DNA from: Pseudomonadota bacterium
GTDB lineage: Bacteria > Pseudomonadota > Alphaproteobacteria > Sphingomonadales > Sphingomonadaceae
Reading direction: 5' to 3'
Assembly (NCBI GenBank): GCA_038746055.1
Contig: JBCDKX010000001.1
Coordinates: 1,215 to 65,214, forward strand
DNA: 64,000 nucleotides
Shown: piece after piece, positions 30,264 through 40,652 of the stretch
Layout: each line of letters starts with the position of its first letter
Position numbering within the stretch: position 1 is the first letter of the stretch
The notes under the pieces: model-generated
What the model was told of the DNA's origin: nothing
What the model saw: the letters and a program-made list of their open reading frames with translations, nothing else
The model's database searches: none
Position numbers and translations under genes: made by a program

Positions 30264-31724
30264 ATGAAATCACCGATGAAGCTGCAGGCAATTTCAGTAT
30301 TACGATCAAGAAAAACCGCGTTGACCTGTCTCGCCTTGCTGATGGGTTTGCAGGCCTGTGCTCTGCCAAATGCTAGCGAACGACCCAGCCTTGCGCAGGC
30401 CGTTCCTCTGCCTGAACGCTGGACTTTTGCGCAGGCTGAGGGCGCAGAAATTGCGCTTGGTACCTATTGGGAGATGCTAGACGATCCACTGGTCAATCGG
30501 TTCGTGAAGAAAGCGCAAGCTCAAAACCTCGATATTGCGCAAGCCGCTGCCCAATTAAGGGCTGCCGAGGCCGGGCTTCGCGAAGCGCGCGCGGCACGTC
30601 TTCCCACTGCAAATGGCAGCGGAAGCGTTCGAAGGGACGTTGGTGATTTAGCCAGAGACGAGCTGCAATACGGCCTGAATGCAGACTTTAACTGGGAACT
30701 CGACCTCTTCGGACGGATCAGCTCATCGATTAATGCCGCGCAGGCCGACCTTAGAGCAGCGGGTTTTAACGTTGCTGATCTTGAGCGGGTCATCGTGGCG
30801 AATGTTGCAACGCAGACTGTAACCGCGCGTTCGCTTGCCGCGCAGCTCGACATTGCGCGCGCCTCGCTCGCCAACCAGAACGACAATTTCCAGATTGCCC
30901 AATGGCGCAACCAGGCCGGACTGGTTTCGATCCTTGATGTCGAGCAAGCGCGCACGCAGCAAGCCCAGACAGCGGCTTCAATCCCCCAGCTCGAAGGCAA
31001 TTTGGTGGCGACTGCCAACGCGATTTCGACATTGATCGGCGAGCCACCCGGTGAGGTGTACCGTACAATTCTCGCTGAGCCTCTGGCCGTTCCAAAGCCG
31101 CCATCTGATGTGGCAATAACCGCGCCTGCGGACATGTTGCGCATGCGCCCAGATGTGAGCGCAGCCGAGGCTCGGCTTGTCGCTGATCTGGAGCGAGTGG
31201 GAGTGGCGCGCACTCAGCTTTATCCGTTGGCTCGCCTAACGGGATCGCTCGGAACCTCTTCCTTCGGTATCTCCGATCTGTTTGATATCGTTACCGGCAA
31301 TATTTTTGCCAGCGTCTCGCAATTGCTCTTCGATGCGGGACGCGCACGCGCTCAAATCGACGCGTCAAAAGCGATCGCCGATGGATCACTCGCCGCCTGG
31401 CAACAGTCCATTCTGGTCGCCCTGGAAGACGTCGAGACAGCCGCGAATGATCTCGACGCCAATCAGCAGCAAGTCGATGCTCTGAGCGAAGCCAGCGAAG
31501 GTGCGCGCAACGCAGCCATATTGGGGCGTAGCCAATATAAGGCGGGCCTGATCGATTTTCAGGTGCTTCTGAATGTCGAAAGTGCGCTGCTGAACGCTCA
31601 GACCTCGCAGATTTCAGCCGAAGCTGCCCGTGCAGTAGCGTTTGTGCAGCTTGCCCGAGCCATGGGCGGCGGGTGGCGTCAATCGGAAGAAGAATATCCC
31701 TTAGCCCGGAGCCTCACACCATGA
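30264..31724 (+). CDS. Outer membrane efflux factor (NodT/TolC-type lipoprotein)
   Basis: Lipobox LQAC, NWELDLFGRI, MLRMRPDVSAAE, RAMGGGW. Confidence 0.92.
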   Translation: MKSPMKLQAISVLRSRKTALTCLALLMGLQACALPNASERPSLAQAVPLPERWTFAQAEGAEIALGTYWEMLDDPLVNRFVKKAQAQNLDIAQAAAQLRAAEAGLREARAARLPTANGSGSVRRDVGDLARDELQYGLNADFNWELDLFGRISSSINAAQADLRAAGFNVADLERVIVANVATQTVTARSLAAQLDIARASLANQNDNFQIAQWRNQAGLVSILDVEQARTQQAQTAASIPQLEGNLVATANAISTLIGEPPGEVYRTILAEPLAVPKPPSDVAITAPADMLRMRPDVSAAEARLVADLERVGVARTQLYPLARLTGSLGTSSFGISDLFDIVTGNIFASVSQLLFDAGRARAQIDASKAIADGSLAAWQQSILVALEDVETAANDLDANQQQVDALSEASEGARNAAILGRSQYKAGLIDFQVLLNVESALLNAQTSQISAEAARAVAFVQLARAMGGGWRQSEEEYPLARSLTP

Positions 31725-33052
31725 ACACGCCCCAAATGTCCCTGGTTGTTGAGGATACGTCTTCACAAGACGAACCAAGCGTTGAGGAATTTCTTGGCGT
31801 CACGCGTCCACCAGCCTGGCGACGGACAATGAAATTCTGGCTGCCAGCCATAGCCGGTATATTCGCCCTCATTGCGCTTGTTCTTTGGCTCAATAGCAAC
31901 ACGGACGAACAATATGTGACCGAGGCAGTGGTTGAGGAATCCCTTGACTTGACTGTGACCGCGACCGGAAATCTGCGTCCGATCAATCAGGTAACCGTTG
32001 GCGCCGAAGTGACCGGCCCGGTTGATGAAGTGCTGGTCGATGTCAACGACCGGGTAACGCAAGGTCAGGTGATTGCGATCATCAACACCGAAATTACCGA
32101 CCAGCAGATTGCGCAATCGCGTGCGAACCTGAATGCAGCCAAGGCGAGTTATGTTCAGGCGCAGGCGGCGCTTGATGCAACCAAGGCTCAGCTGGTCCGG
32201 TTTCGCGAAGTGCGTGAATTGTCCGGTGGAAGGGTGCCTTCGCTGATCGAGCTTGAACAGGCCGAGGCTGCGGCAGCACGTGACAAGGCGGCGGTCGCAT
32301 CAGCGCAGGCCAATATCGAAGCGGCTGAGGCAACATTGGGTGCCAATCTCACTACACGGTCGCGCGCGGTAATCCGGGCGCCGGTGACGGGAGTGGTGCT
32401 CGCTCGCCAGATTGAAGTGGGGCAGACCGTAGTTGCAGCGTTTAATACCGTTACTCTGTTCGTCATCGCTGAAGATCTCTCGGCCATGCAATTGCGTGTG
32501 TCAATCGACGAAGCCGATGTTGGCCAGGTCGAAAGCGGGCAGAAGGTCGTATTCACAGTGGACGCCTATCCTGGTCGCACTTTTCCGGCCACGGTCGAGC
32601 GGATCGACCTTGCATCGGCTAATACTGTCGCCGAACAAACCAATCCTGCATCATCCGCTTCAAGGGGCACCGTTGTGAGCTACGAAGCCCGTCTGAAAGT
32701 GCGTAATCCGGATGGGCTGCTGCGTCCTGGCATGACAGCGAGCGCCTCAATAGCAACTCAGTCGACAGGCAAGGTTCTGCTGGTCCCCAATGCGGCTCTT
32801 CGGTTCAGCCCCGAACCGGAGGAAGAAGCCGAGAGCAGTATGGTGAAGCCCGATGTCGACAGAGGGGATGATCAGCAACAGGCCGGGATCGGTATTGGCA
32901 GTAGGCAACAGGTTCATGTGCAGCAGGCAGATGGATCGCTGCGAATCATAGAAGTTGTGACGGGGCGCAGCGATGGGCGCAGAACTGCGGTTCAGTCGGA
33001 TGAGCTGGAGGCCGGAATGCTGGTTGTTACCGGTATAGAGGCGCAAGGCTGA
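31721..33052 (+). CDS. MacA-like periplasmic adaptor
   Basis: VTATGNLRP..VTVGAEVTG, IRAPVTGVV, GQTVVAAF, IDEADVG, VDAYP, LRPGMTA, VPNAALRF. ATG 31721 overlaps the OMF stop. Confidence 0.9.
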   Translation: MNTPQMSLVVEDTSSQDEPSVEEFLGVTRPPAWRRTMKFWLPAIAGIFALIALVLWLNSNTDEQYVTEAVVEESLDLTVTATGNLRPINQVTVGAEVTGPVDEVLVDVNDRVTQGQVIAIINTEITDQQIAQSRANLNAAKASYVQAQAALDATKAQLVRFREVRELSGGRVPSLIELEQAEAAAARDKAAVASAQANIEAAEATLGANLTTRSRAVIRAPVTGVVLARQIEVGQTVVAAFNTVTLFVIAEDLSAMQLRVSIDEADVGQVESGQKVVFTVDAYPGRTFPATVERIDLASANTVAEQTNPASSASRGTVVSYEARLKVRNPDGLLRPGMTASASIATQSTGKVLLVPNAALRFSPEPEEEAESSMVKPDVDRGDDQQQAGIGIGSRQQVHVQQADGSLRIIEVVTGRSDGRRTAVQSDELEAGMLVVTGIEAQG

Positions 33053-33789
33053 TGGCGAGCGAGCCACTTATCCAACTCGAAGGCATAACCAAGACCTTCG
33101 GCACCGGCAGCGCCGCATTCCAGGCACTAAAAGGCGTGGACCTGACAATTGATCGCGGGCAATTCATGGCAGTGATGGGCCCATCGGGTTCAGGCAAGTC
33201 AACCACGATGAACATTCTGGGCTGCCTCGATGTCCCAACCAGCGGCGTCTTCCGGTTTCGCGAGGTCGAAGTGCAAGAGCTGAATCGGGACCAGCGCAGC
33301 CTTCTCAGGCGCAAATATCTCGGCTTCGTGTTTCAGGGCTTTAACCTGCTCTCGCGTACCAGCGCAGTCGAGAATGTGGAGCTGCCGCTCCTCTATCGTG
33401 GCGAGGCCAAGGCTGTGCGGCGCGAGGCCGCGATGCATGCACTGGATCAGGTTGGTCTTGCGCCATGGGCTATGCATACGCCCGCAGAGCTTTCGGGAGG
33501 GCAGCAGCAGCGTGTGGCGATTGCACGCGCGCTGGTGACCGATCCCGATGTGCTTCTCGCCGATGAGCCGACGGGTAATCTCGACACCGAGCGTTCGGTC
33601 GAGATTATGGAACTCATGTGCGAGCTCAATGCGGGCGGAATCACTGTGATCATGGTTACGCATGAAGAAGAGATGGCCGCTTACGCAAAGACTGTGGTGC
33701 ATTTTCGCGATGGGCTGGTGGAGCGCATCGAACGCGGCGCTCGCAGCGGCACCATATTGGATGGAACAATGAAAAAAGGAAAAGGCTGA
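33052..33789 (+). CDS. ABC transporter ATP-binding protein (MacB/LolD type)
   Basis: Walker [40 protein letters not shown]. Confidence 0.95.
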   Translation: MASEPLIQLEGITKTFGTGSAAFQALKGVDLTIDRGQFMAVMGPSGSGKSTTMNILGCLDVPTSGVFRFREVEVQELNRDQRSLLRRKYLGFVFQGFNLLSRTSAVENVELPLLYRGEAKAVRREAAMHALDQVGLAPWAMHTPAELSGGQQQRVAIARALVTDPDVLLADEPTGNLDTERSVEIMELMCELNAGGITVIMVTHEEEMAAYAKTVVHFRDGLVERIERGARSGTILDGTMKKGKG

Positions 33790-34985
33790 TGCTTGGCGCG
33801 ACCTTACTGCTTGCCCTGCGCGAGATCCGGCGGCACCTGATGCGCTCGATACTTACTACGCTCGGCATTGTCATTGGTGTCGCCGCCGTCGTGACGATGG
33901 TCACTTTCGGCAATGGTGTTACAAGCCAGGTCCAGGACGACATTGCCAGCCTGGGTTCGAGCAATTTCATCATATGGCCAAAGAATGACGACCGCAGCAG
34001 CGGGCGCCCTTTTGATCTGGCCGATGTGGCAGCGGTTGAGCAACAGATTGCTGGCGTTGAAACCGCGGCCGGGAATATCGGATCGAGCGCAACCGCTTTT
34101 TATAACGGGCAGGATCTCAAGACCAGCATTGTTGGCGTGAACACCAATTTTCTCCGCGCCCGTTCTCTGCGCATCGCAGAGGGCCGGGCTTTTTCCAGCG
34201 ACGAAGAGATCGCCGGCAGGAATGTATGCCTGCTCGGTGATCGGGTCCGACAGGAAATCTTTCTTCCCGGAGTAAGCCCGATCGGCGAAGATATGCGTCT
34301 TGGAGACGTGTCCTGCACCGTAATCGGTGTGCTGGAAACCCGCGGGCAAAGCGGCGGAGGTGAAGACCTTGATGACCGGGTCTATCTGCCTCTGAAAACG
34401 GTGCAACGGCGCTTTCGCGGTACCACTGACATCGATTACTTCATAGTCAAATATGACAGCACCTATGCTGGCAGTGCTATTCGGGCCTCTCTCACCAGGT
34501 TGCTGCGCGAGCGGCGCATTCTCGAAGCGGCCGAACCAAATGACTTCAACATCATTGATACCGCCCAGATCAATGAAGCCGTCAGCGAGACAACGGGTAC
34601 TTTGACCGCGATGATGGCGATTATCGCGTCGATCAGCCTGTTTGTTGGGGGTGTCGGCATCATGAACATTATGCTGGTCTCGGTAACAGAGCGCACGCGC
34701 GAGATCGGTATCAGGCTCGCAATCGGCGCTCTCGCCAGCGAGGTTCGCTTGCAGTTTTTGACCGAGGCCGTGGTGCTGTGTTCACTTGGGGGACTTGTAG
34801 GGTTGATCCTCGCATTCGGCGCGACCTATGTCGTAACAGAGGCGATGAACGTGCCGTTTATTTTCAATCCGGCGATCAACATAATAAGCTTCCTCTTCGC
34901 CGCCGTAATGGGCGTCGTATTCGGATATTATCCCGCACGACGAGCCTCGCAACTCAATCCAATTGATGCGCTAAGGCATGAATAG
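33789..34985 (+). CDS. ABC transporter permease (MacB/FtsX type)
   Basis: RSILTTLGIVIGVAAV, GGVGIMNIMLVSVTERTREIGIRLAIGA, GYYPARRASQLNPIDALR. Confidence 0.95.
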   Translation: MLGATLLLALREIRRHLMRSILTTLGIVIGVAAVVTMVTFGNGVTSQVQDDIASLGSSNFIIWPKNDDRSSGRPFDLADVAAVEQQIAGVETAAGNIGSSATAFYNGQDLKTSIVGVNTNFLRARSLRIAEGRAFSSDEEIAGRNVCLLGDRVRQEIFLPGVSPIGEDMRLGDVSCTVIGVLETRGQSGGGEDLDDRVYLPLKTVQRRFRGTTDIDYFIVKYDSTYAGSAIRASLTRLLRERRILEAAEPNDFNIIDTAQINEAVSETTGTLTAMMAIIASISLFVGGVGIMNIMLVSVTERTREIGIRLAIGALASEVRLQFLTEAVVLCSLGGLVGLILAFGATYVVTEAMNVPFIFNPAINIISFLFAAVMGVVFGYYPARRASQLNPIDALRHE

Positions 34986-35025
34986 CAAAAGAACCGGTGC
35001 GATTGGCTCATATTGTTATCGCTTG

Positions 35026-35347
35026 AGGGGTGTCAGTCTAACGCAAACTTGTCTGTGATTGGCGCATAGCGCCCTTCCCTCGCCTGTGATCAGGCCATGA
35101 GGCTTTGCCACTCACTCCGCCAGAGCGTCGGAACAGGTCGCTTTGTAGGTTGATCCGTCGGTGAGGTGGCGGTCGGAGTTGAAGTGATTGTGGACGTTGG
35201 CGTGAACGGAAGCGAACTTCTGAAGCGACTTGATTCGCCAAAACCGCTGCATTACCCGTTCTCGTATTCGAAAAGGTAAGTACGAGTATTCCACCCGATT
35301 GTTGGCCCAGCGACCGCCCTCCCCTGCCATGTTAGTCTGACACCGCC
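35026..35347 (-). mobile_element. Internally deleted IS6-family element (about 320 bp) retaining both ends and the transposase C-terminus
   Basis: Terminal inverted repeats AGGGGTGTCAGTCTAAC (35026-35042, +) and GGCGGTGTCAGACTAAC (35347-35331, -). Inner ORF GRWANNRVEYSYLPFRIRERVMQRFWRIKSLQKFASVHANVHNHFN matches an IS6 transposase C-terminus. Confidence 0.85.
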
Positions 35348-35413
35348 AATCGAACTATTGGCAGGTGCATGATGAAAGCGCTTTTGACTGCCGCTAGCCG
35401 CTTTGATCTTCAA
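35348..35413 (+). pseudogene. Fragment paralogous to the 5' end of the DUF2147 gene at 26353-26418
   Basis: AATCGAACTAT...ATGATGAAAGCGCTTTTGACTGCCGCTAGCC vs AATCGAACTAT...ATGATGAAGACGCTTTTGACTGCCGCTAGCC (MMKALLTAAS vs MMKTLLTAAS); diverges afterwards. Confidence 0.6.
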
Positions 35414-35556
35414 CTGCCATGTTGGTTTAACAAGGACCACAATCACCGCAGCTGCCATCATTGTATGTTGGATTTAGCAAGTCCTGAGTGTTGGTGGCAT
35501 ATAATTTTGCTTCCAGCTGCGATAGCCATGACTACGACCCTGCTTGGAAATTCGCT

Positions 35557-36627
35557 TTAATCCGGTTTTGTTTTGAACGTGCGCCCAGCGGCAACGCTTG
35601 CGCGAAAATCGCGTAACGTCATTGCGTTCCAGCGCAGCAACGTTCTACGAAAAGAACGCTCATCAGAACACCCGGCAATGATTGCCAGATTTTCTGCTGA
35701 AATCTTAGGCTCATAGGTTACAATCTCCACCACTCGTGCAAATCTGGCATCATCCATGATCTTCTGCAACGATGTATTGTTCGCCTGCGCCACACGCTGT
35801 GCTGTCCGTGCCGTCATTCCAAGCATTGAGGTGATATGTTCTATTTTAAACTTTTGATTTCGAACGCAGACTTTGGCTGCAAATTCTAGTCGTAAGAGCT
35901 GGCTAGACGACGCTTCCGCGCGAATGTTTTCAAGGATATGGAGGGCTCTATCTTCCGCATGTGCCAATAACATTTTATCGTGACTTGGATTGGTCGCTTG
36001 CACGTCAGAACGACGGAATACCAATCCAAAGTGATGCTCTGAGTCCCGCACCTCTACGCTTGCCCCATAAGCGCGCTGATAATGCGCGATTTGGCCCTTC
36101 GGCTCATATCCAATAAACGCTTCAGTGGGGCGGCCGAAATCCCCCAATATGGCGCGCATTAGTCTTACAAAAACGGTAAGAGCAATCTCATTGCAACTAC
36201 CGTAATCCTGCTCGAATATAGGACTACCGAAAGATATTCGCATAAAGGATGCTGACGTATCGAGATCAACCGCCATTGCATTATGAAAAATAGGAAAATA
36301 CTTCTCAAAGAGCTGCAGTGCATGCGTACCCGTTTGTGCCAGCAAAACCAGATGCTCAATGCCGTTAAACAGGCCAAATGGAGCAGCTTGACCAAGATCA
36401 AGTGTAGGAATTCTGTTGTCGCAATCTTGCACAATTCTATTCATCAGCATCGGGCCAAGATGGGAAGAAACACGTCCAGCACCTCTGAACACACCTTCAA
36501 TAGGTACGCCAATAAGGTCTTCTATTTCATCTTTGGGAATGTTGTGTGCTAAACCATATTGCACGGGCACAGCGAGCGTCGCTGCACCAATGGTGCTTGC
36601 AGCTCTTGATCTGGTAGACATACCCAT
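35557..36627 (-). CDS. AraC family regulator (OruR/arabinose-binding-like N-terminal domain), divergent
   Basis: 356 aa; C-terminal double HTH LGMTARTAQR...LQKIMDDARF...LAIIAGCSDERSFRRTLLRW; visibly lower GC than its neighbours. Confidence 0.8.
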   Translation of the reverse strand: MGMSTRSRAASTIGAATLAVPVQYGLAHNIPKDEIEDLIGVPIEGVFRGAGRVSSHLGPMLMNRIVQDCDNRIPTLDLGQAAPFGLFNGIEHLVLLAQTGTHALQLFEKYFPIFHNAMAVDLDTSASFMRISFGSPIFEQDYGSCNEIALTVFVRLMRAILGDFGRPTEAFIGYEPKGQIAHYQRAYGASVEVRDSEHHFGLVFRRSDVQATNPSHDKMLLAHAEDRALHILENIRAEASSSQLLRLEFAAKVCVRNQKFKIEHITSMLGMTARTAQRVAQANNTSLQKIMDDARFARVVEIVTYEPKISAENLAIIAGCSDERSFRRTLLRWNAMTLRDFRASVAAGRTFKTKPD

Positions 36628-37394
36628 TGCTGCTCCCGAGCGCTAATAACCGTAATTATGTCAGCGGATCGCTGAAATGACGCAAATGCAATACAGACTC
36701 TCTAATGATCACAAATCTTTAATGATCGACTTTTGATAGACATCGATCTGATAGAATTCGACATGCATTACGATCCCAAGAGATCCGACATGCCCACTAC
36801 CTCAATAAACACCGTACAAGGTCGCGAACCAGAACAGCATTGAAACCAGTGCGGCATCTGGACCAGACAATAATCCAAGCCCAAGATTGATCTGACTGGA
36901 ACATCTGCCTGCCAACCAGTTAAAGGGGCCGTATTTCCAACTATAGCTACAGAAATGTCTCCTGAAGCAGAGGCCTATTCGGTTTGCACAATCAGCCTGT
37001 TAGGGCTATTAGCAATACTAGTATTCATCTTGAAAATACTTGTTACACAATGGAGTATCTGGTGCTGGATGGGGGTTGCAAAGGCGTTTTTTTGCACATA
37101 TTCATGCGCGCTTACTAACATGTAATGGGTAGCTGTTTGCAGAGAAATTGTGCGCCGACTAGCTAGCCAAAAGCACATGGCCACCAATACTACCGCCTAA
37201 GCATCTGAGGAAAATCATAATTTTCAAGGCTGCGCTGCTTCGATACGCCATTAGAGGCAATAGAGCGAGATAAAAGCCGCTACAGCCAAGGATCAATTGC
37301 GGCTATAACGACCATCTTTCTGACACCGACTGTGCCAACGCTATACCAGTGAGGCAGCAACGCTACGTATTGGCTGCGTCTTCGCGCTTGCACA

Positions 37395-39239
37395 TTATAT
37401 GCGTTGAGAGAGTGCATCTATCTCTTTCAACAGCGCATTAAACTCCGGGGTTTTGGGTGCCGCGAAATGGAAGTTCTTCCACCGCCGGGTCATCTCGGTA
37501 AAATAGGTGCGAGCATCTGTCCGAGTTTCAAAAGCGTAGCTGCGTGTTAAAATACTGTGTAGCTTGTCGAAAACCAGCTTCTGCCGCTCAAAAGGTGCCG
37601 ATGCATCAACGCTATCAAAAGCATCCTGTTGCAGATAGGCCATATCGAGCAGCAAGGACTTTTGGTAGGTGACGTAATCCTCCTCGGTAATGCCTTCTTC
37701 CCCGGTCACTTGCATCATTTGGTCGATACTTTCGCCAGCCTTGAGGATGTCCGAAAGCTGCCCGACTTTATCGACCCAGCCTGCGCCATAATGCGCATCG
37801 AACCAGGGACGCAGCTGCTCTAGATAACGTGACCAGGATAGCAGCGGGTCAACGGCGGGATAAAAGCGCTTATAGGCTCGCGAAGCGGAGAGGCCTAAAA
37901 AGCATTTGACTGTCGATAGTGTGGCCTGGGTTACCGGTTCGTCAAAATTTCCGCCGGCCGGCGAGACGGTGCCGATGATGGTCAGGCTACCCACTGTCCC
38001 GTCATTCGTTTCGGTGAGGCCGGCACGCTCATAAATGCCTTTAATATTAGACTCTAAATAGGCGGGGAAGCCCTCCTCGCCGGGAATTTCCTCCAAGCGG
38101 CCAGAGGTCTCCCGCATCGCCTGCGCCCAGCGCGATGTGGAATCGGCAATCAGCAGAACATCAAGACCCATCTGCCGATAATATTCACCCAGAGTTACGC
38201 CGGTATAGATGGAGGCCTCGCGCGCCGCCACCGGCATGGATGAGGTGTTGCAGATGATGATGGTTCGGTCCATCAGGCTGCCGCCGGATGTCGGGTCGAC
38301 CTGTTTGGGAAAATCAGTGATTGTCTCAACAACCTCGCCAGCACGCTCGCCGCAAGCGACAACGATGACGATATCGACATCAGAAAATCGCGAAATGAGA
38401 TTTTGCAGCACCGTTTTGCCAGCGCCGAATGGGCCTGGGATGCATGCTGTACCGCCACGCGCAATCGGGAAAAATGTATCAATCAAGCGCTGGGTGGTTG
38501 CGACCGGTTCGGACGGATATTGCCGCTTGGATAAGCCTTGCTTCAATAAACGGCCGTTGAGCGGACGGCGTACGGGCCAGGTCTGATAGAGGCCAACATC
38601 GTGCTCTGCTCCGTCTTCGTCCTTCAGCCGGGCAACCATTTCACCGCCCTGCACTGCATCTTCACGCACCCAGTTTACCGTAAAATCGCCGTTCCAATCA
38701 AACGGCACCATGATTTTATGGTCAAAGCGACCTTCGGTGGTTTTGCCAAGCACATCGCCAGCGTGCACGGTATCGCCAATGGTTACGCACGGCGCGAACG
38801 ACCATTTATCCGCCCGGTCAAGCGGGTCGACACTAGCACCGCGCGGCAAAAAGATGCCGAATTTCGCCGACAGGGATGATAACGGCGCCTGCAAACCATC
38901 ATACACGCGGCTGAGCAGGCCCGGCCCTAGGGTGACAGATAGCATGTCACCTGACTGCTCAACCGAATCTCCAACAGCGACACCTTGTGTGCTTTCATAG
39001 ACCTGCGCATCGGCAGTGCGGCCGCGGACACGCAAGATTTCGGCCTTTAGGCGTTCTTGTCGTCCGCCCTCTCCGTGTCGCGAGGGGAGAATATACACCA
39101 CCTCATTCTTAACCAGCCGACCAGGAGCGTCATCACTGCCTGGGCCGACTTCGATTTCGACCAAATCATCCTGTACAGCGGTCACACGTGCCGTAGCATT
39201 GACGGTTTCATCACTGGCTGATTGCGGTGCGTTGCTCAT
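37395..39239 (-). CDS. ntpA: V/A-type ATPase catalytic subunit A
   Basis: Walker A GPFGAGKT, ACGERAGE, CNTSSMPVAAREAS, ADSTSRWAQAMRE, PGEEGFPAYL, SPAGGNFDEPVT. Confidence 0.96.
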   Translation of the reverse strand: MSNAPQSASDETVNATARVTAVQDDLVEIEVGPGSDDAPGRLVKNEVVYILPSRHGEGGRQERLKAEILRVRGRTADAQVYESTQGVAVGDSVEQSGDMLSVTLGPGLLSRVYDGLQAPLSSLSAKFGIFLPRGASVDPLDRADKWSFAPCVTIGDTVHAGDVLGKTTEGRFDHKIMVPFDWNGDFTVNWVREDAVQGGEMVARLKDEDGAEHDVGLYQTWPVRRPLNGRLLKQGLSKRQYPSEPVATTQRLIDTFFPIARGGTACIPGPFGAGKTVLQNLISRFSDVDIVIVVACGERAGEVVETITDFPKQVDPTSGGSLMDRTIIICNTSSMPVAAREASIYTGVTLGEYYRQMGLDVLLIADSTSRWAQAMRETSGRLEEIPGEEGFPAYLESNIKGIYERAGLTETNDGTVGSLTIIGTVSPAGGNFDEPVTQATLSTVKCFLGLSASRAYKRFYPAVDPLLSWSRYLEQLRPWFDAHYGAGWVDKVGQLSDILKAGESIDQMMQVTGEEGITEEDYVTYQKSLLLDMAYLQQDAFDSVDASAPFERQKLVFDKLHSILTRSYAFETRTDARTYFTEMTRRWKNFHFAAPKTPEFNALLKEIDALSQRI

Positions 39240-39940
39240 GCGGCGGTCTCCAAAGTCTGCTCAGCGGCGTTCAGCCCGTCCTCCAGAATTTGTGAAAAAC
39301 GGCGTGAGGCGGCCTCGGCATTATAGCGCGTCCAGCGCTCCACAAGGCTCCATCTGAGGACGTAGATTACAACCGCTTCGAAATCGAATTGATGGAGCGC
39401 GCCATGGCGCTTTAGATCGCGCTCGACAATGCTCAGTATCAGCCGTTCAAGGGCATAGGACTCGCCCTTTGCCAACAGCTGATCCGCCTCCTTTATCCAG
39501 GGAAAAATATGATCGAGCCCAAAAGACGGTGCGCGCCAATTGCGCACCAACATGCGCCGCCAACGGCCATAACCCCAGGCTCCATCTACGGCGGGCGGGC
39601 CTTCGCCGCGCGCGCGCAGGCGCAGCGCGGCCATGCAAAGCCTGATGTTCATGCGGCCATCAATCACCCGGCGCAGTGTCTCGCTTGGTGCTATATCATA
39701 GGCGTGCGCGACCCTTTTGAGCAACGCGGCGTCATCCATATCCGAACCCATGCGGCGCCATTCAAGCGCGCTTTCAATTGCGTCAAGAACAGCGCGGTCC
39801 GCATCGTCCAACAGCTTCAGCCGCGCTTCGAGACGCAGCCGCGACAGCGGCGTCTGCTTTTCAGAGAACAGCGGCCCCGGCGCCGGTAGACTGGACATCA
39901 ACATGATAAGGCTATGCTCGGATGTTTTTGCAGTTGTCAT
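39236..39940 (-). CDS. DUF2764 protein (probable V/A-ATPase subunit C-like)
   Basis: LMSSLP N-terminus and HQFDFEAVVIYVLRWSLVERW C-terminus typical of DUF2764; between E and A, with an ATGA overlap with A. Confidence 0.78.
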   Translation of the reverse strand: MTTAKTSEHSLIMLMSSLPAPGPLFSEKQTPLSRLRLEARLKLLDDADRAVLDAIESALEWRRMGSDMDDAALLKRVAHAYDIAPSETLRRVIDGRMNIRLCMAALRLRARGEGPPAVDGAWGYGRWRRMLVRNWRAPSFGLDHIFPWIKEADQLLAKGESYALERLILSIVERDLKRHGALHQFDFEAVVIYVLRWSLVERWTRYNAEAASRRFSQILEDGLNAAEQTLETAA

Positions 39941-39949
39941 GACCGTGCG

Positions 39950-40639
39950 CTACTTCACTATGCCTTCTAAAATAGCGCGAAAGCGCGGCTGGAGGTGCTG
40001 GCTAAGCATATCAGCGACCGCATCATCGGTGAGGTCAATCATAACGTCATCGTCTTCTAAATAGATACGCGCCCCGGCAGCAAATTCTGGTGATGGAGAG
40101 AATTTGATACCGTCGCGCACCAGATCGCCAGCGATGCCGCGTACAAAATCGGTGAGTGGCCCGGATTCCAATTCATCGGCATTATCTTTGAAGTCAGCGG
40201 TGCCGAGCGCCTTTTCCGGTAGCAGAATTTCAACCGCCTGTTTGTCCTTCGTCTGCTCGTTTGCGCGCCCGGTAAGCTCCAAGATCAATGTCTGCAAAAA
40301 CGCTGTGTCGCTCATTTGGGTTGAGACGAGGCGGTGCAAATCGGCGCGAAAGCGGTTCGTCATTTGTGTTTTAAGGTCAAGGATGGCATCGCGAATAGCT
40401 GCCTCCAGCGCATCCTCGCCAGCGCGGCGCAGCGCTTCACTTTCTGTGTGCGCAGCGTCTTTTAAGGCCTGTGCGTCTTTATTGGCCTTGTCTCTAATTT
40501 TCCCGGCCTCTGCTTTGGCATTTGCAATCAATATCTCCGCCTCTTTGCGGCCTGCTGCAACGCCATCCTCGTGTAACCGGGCAAGCAGCTCATTCACGCC
40601 CTTCGATGCACCGGTTTGGATTGCTGTATCATTCGCCAT
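39950..40639 (-). CDS. ntpE: V/A-type ATPase subunit E
   Basis: From ATG 40639 (GAAGG RBS): GVNELLARLHEDGVAAGRKEAEILIANAKAEA coiled coil; C-terminal IDLTDDAVADMLSQHLQPRFRAILEG. Confidence 0.85.
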   Translation of the reverse strand: MANDTAIQTGASKGVNELLARLHEDGVAAGRKEAEILIANAKAEAGKIRDKANKDAQALKDAAHTESEALRRAGEDALEAAIRDAILDLKTQMTNRFRADLHRLVSTQMSDTAFLQTLILELTGRANEQTKDKQAVEILLPEKALGTADFKDNADELESGPLTDFVRGIAGDLVRDGIKFSPSPEFAAGARIYLEDDDVMIDLTDDAVADMLSQHLQPRFRAILEGIVK

Positions 40640-40652
40640 TGCCGCTGGTCCT

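Noticed and set aside
36881-36897. Sixth IS6 end (AGATTGATCTGAC)
   Set aside because: Only about 11 bp match the left-end motif; too short to call.
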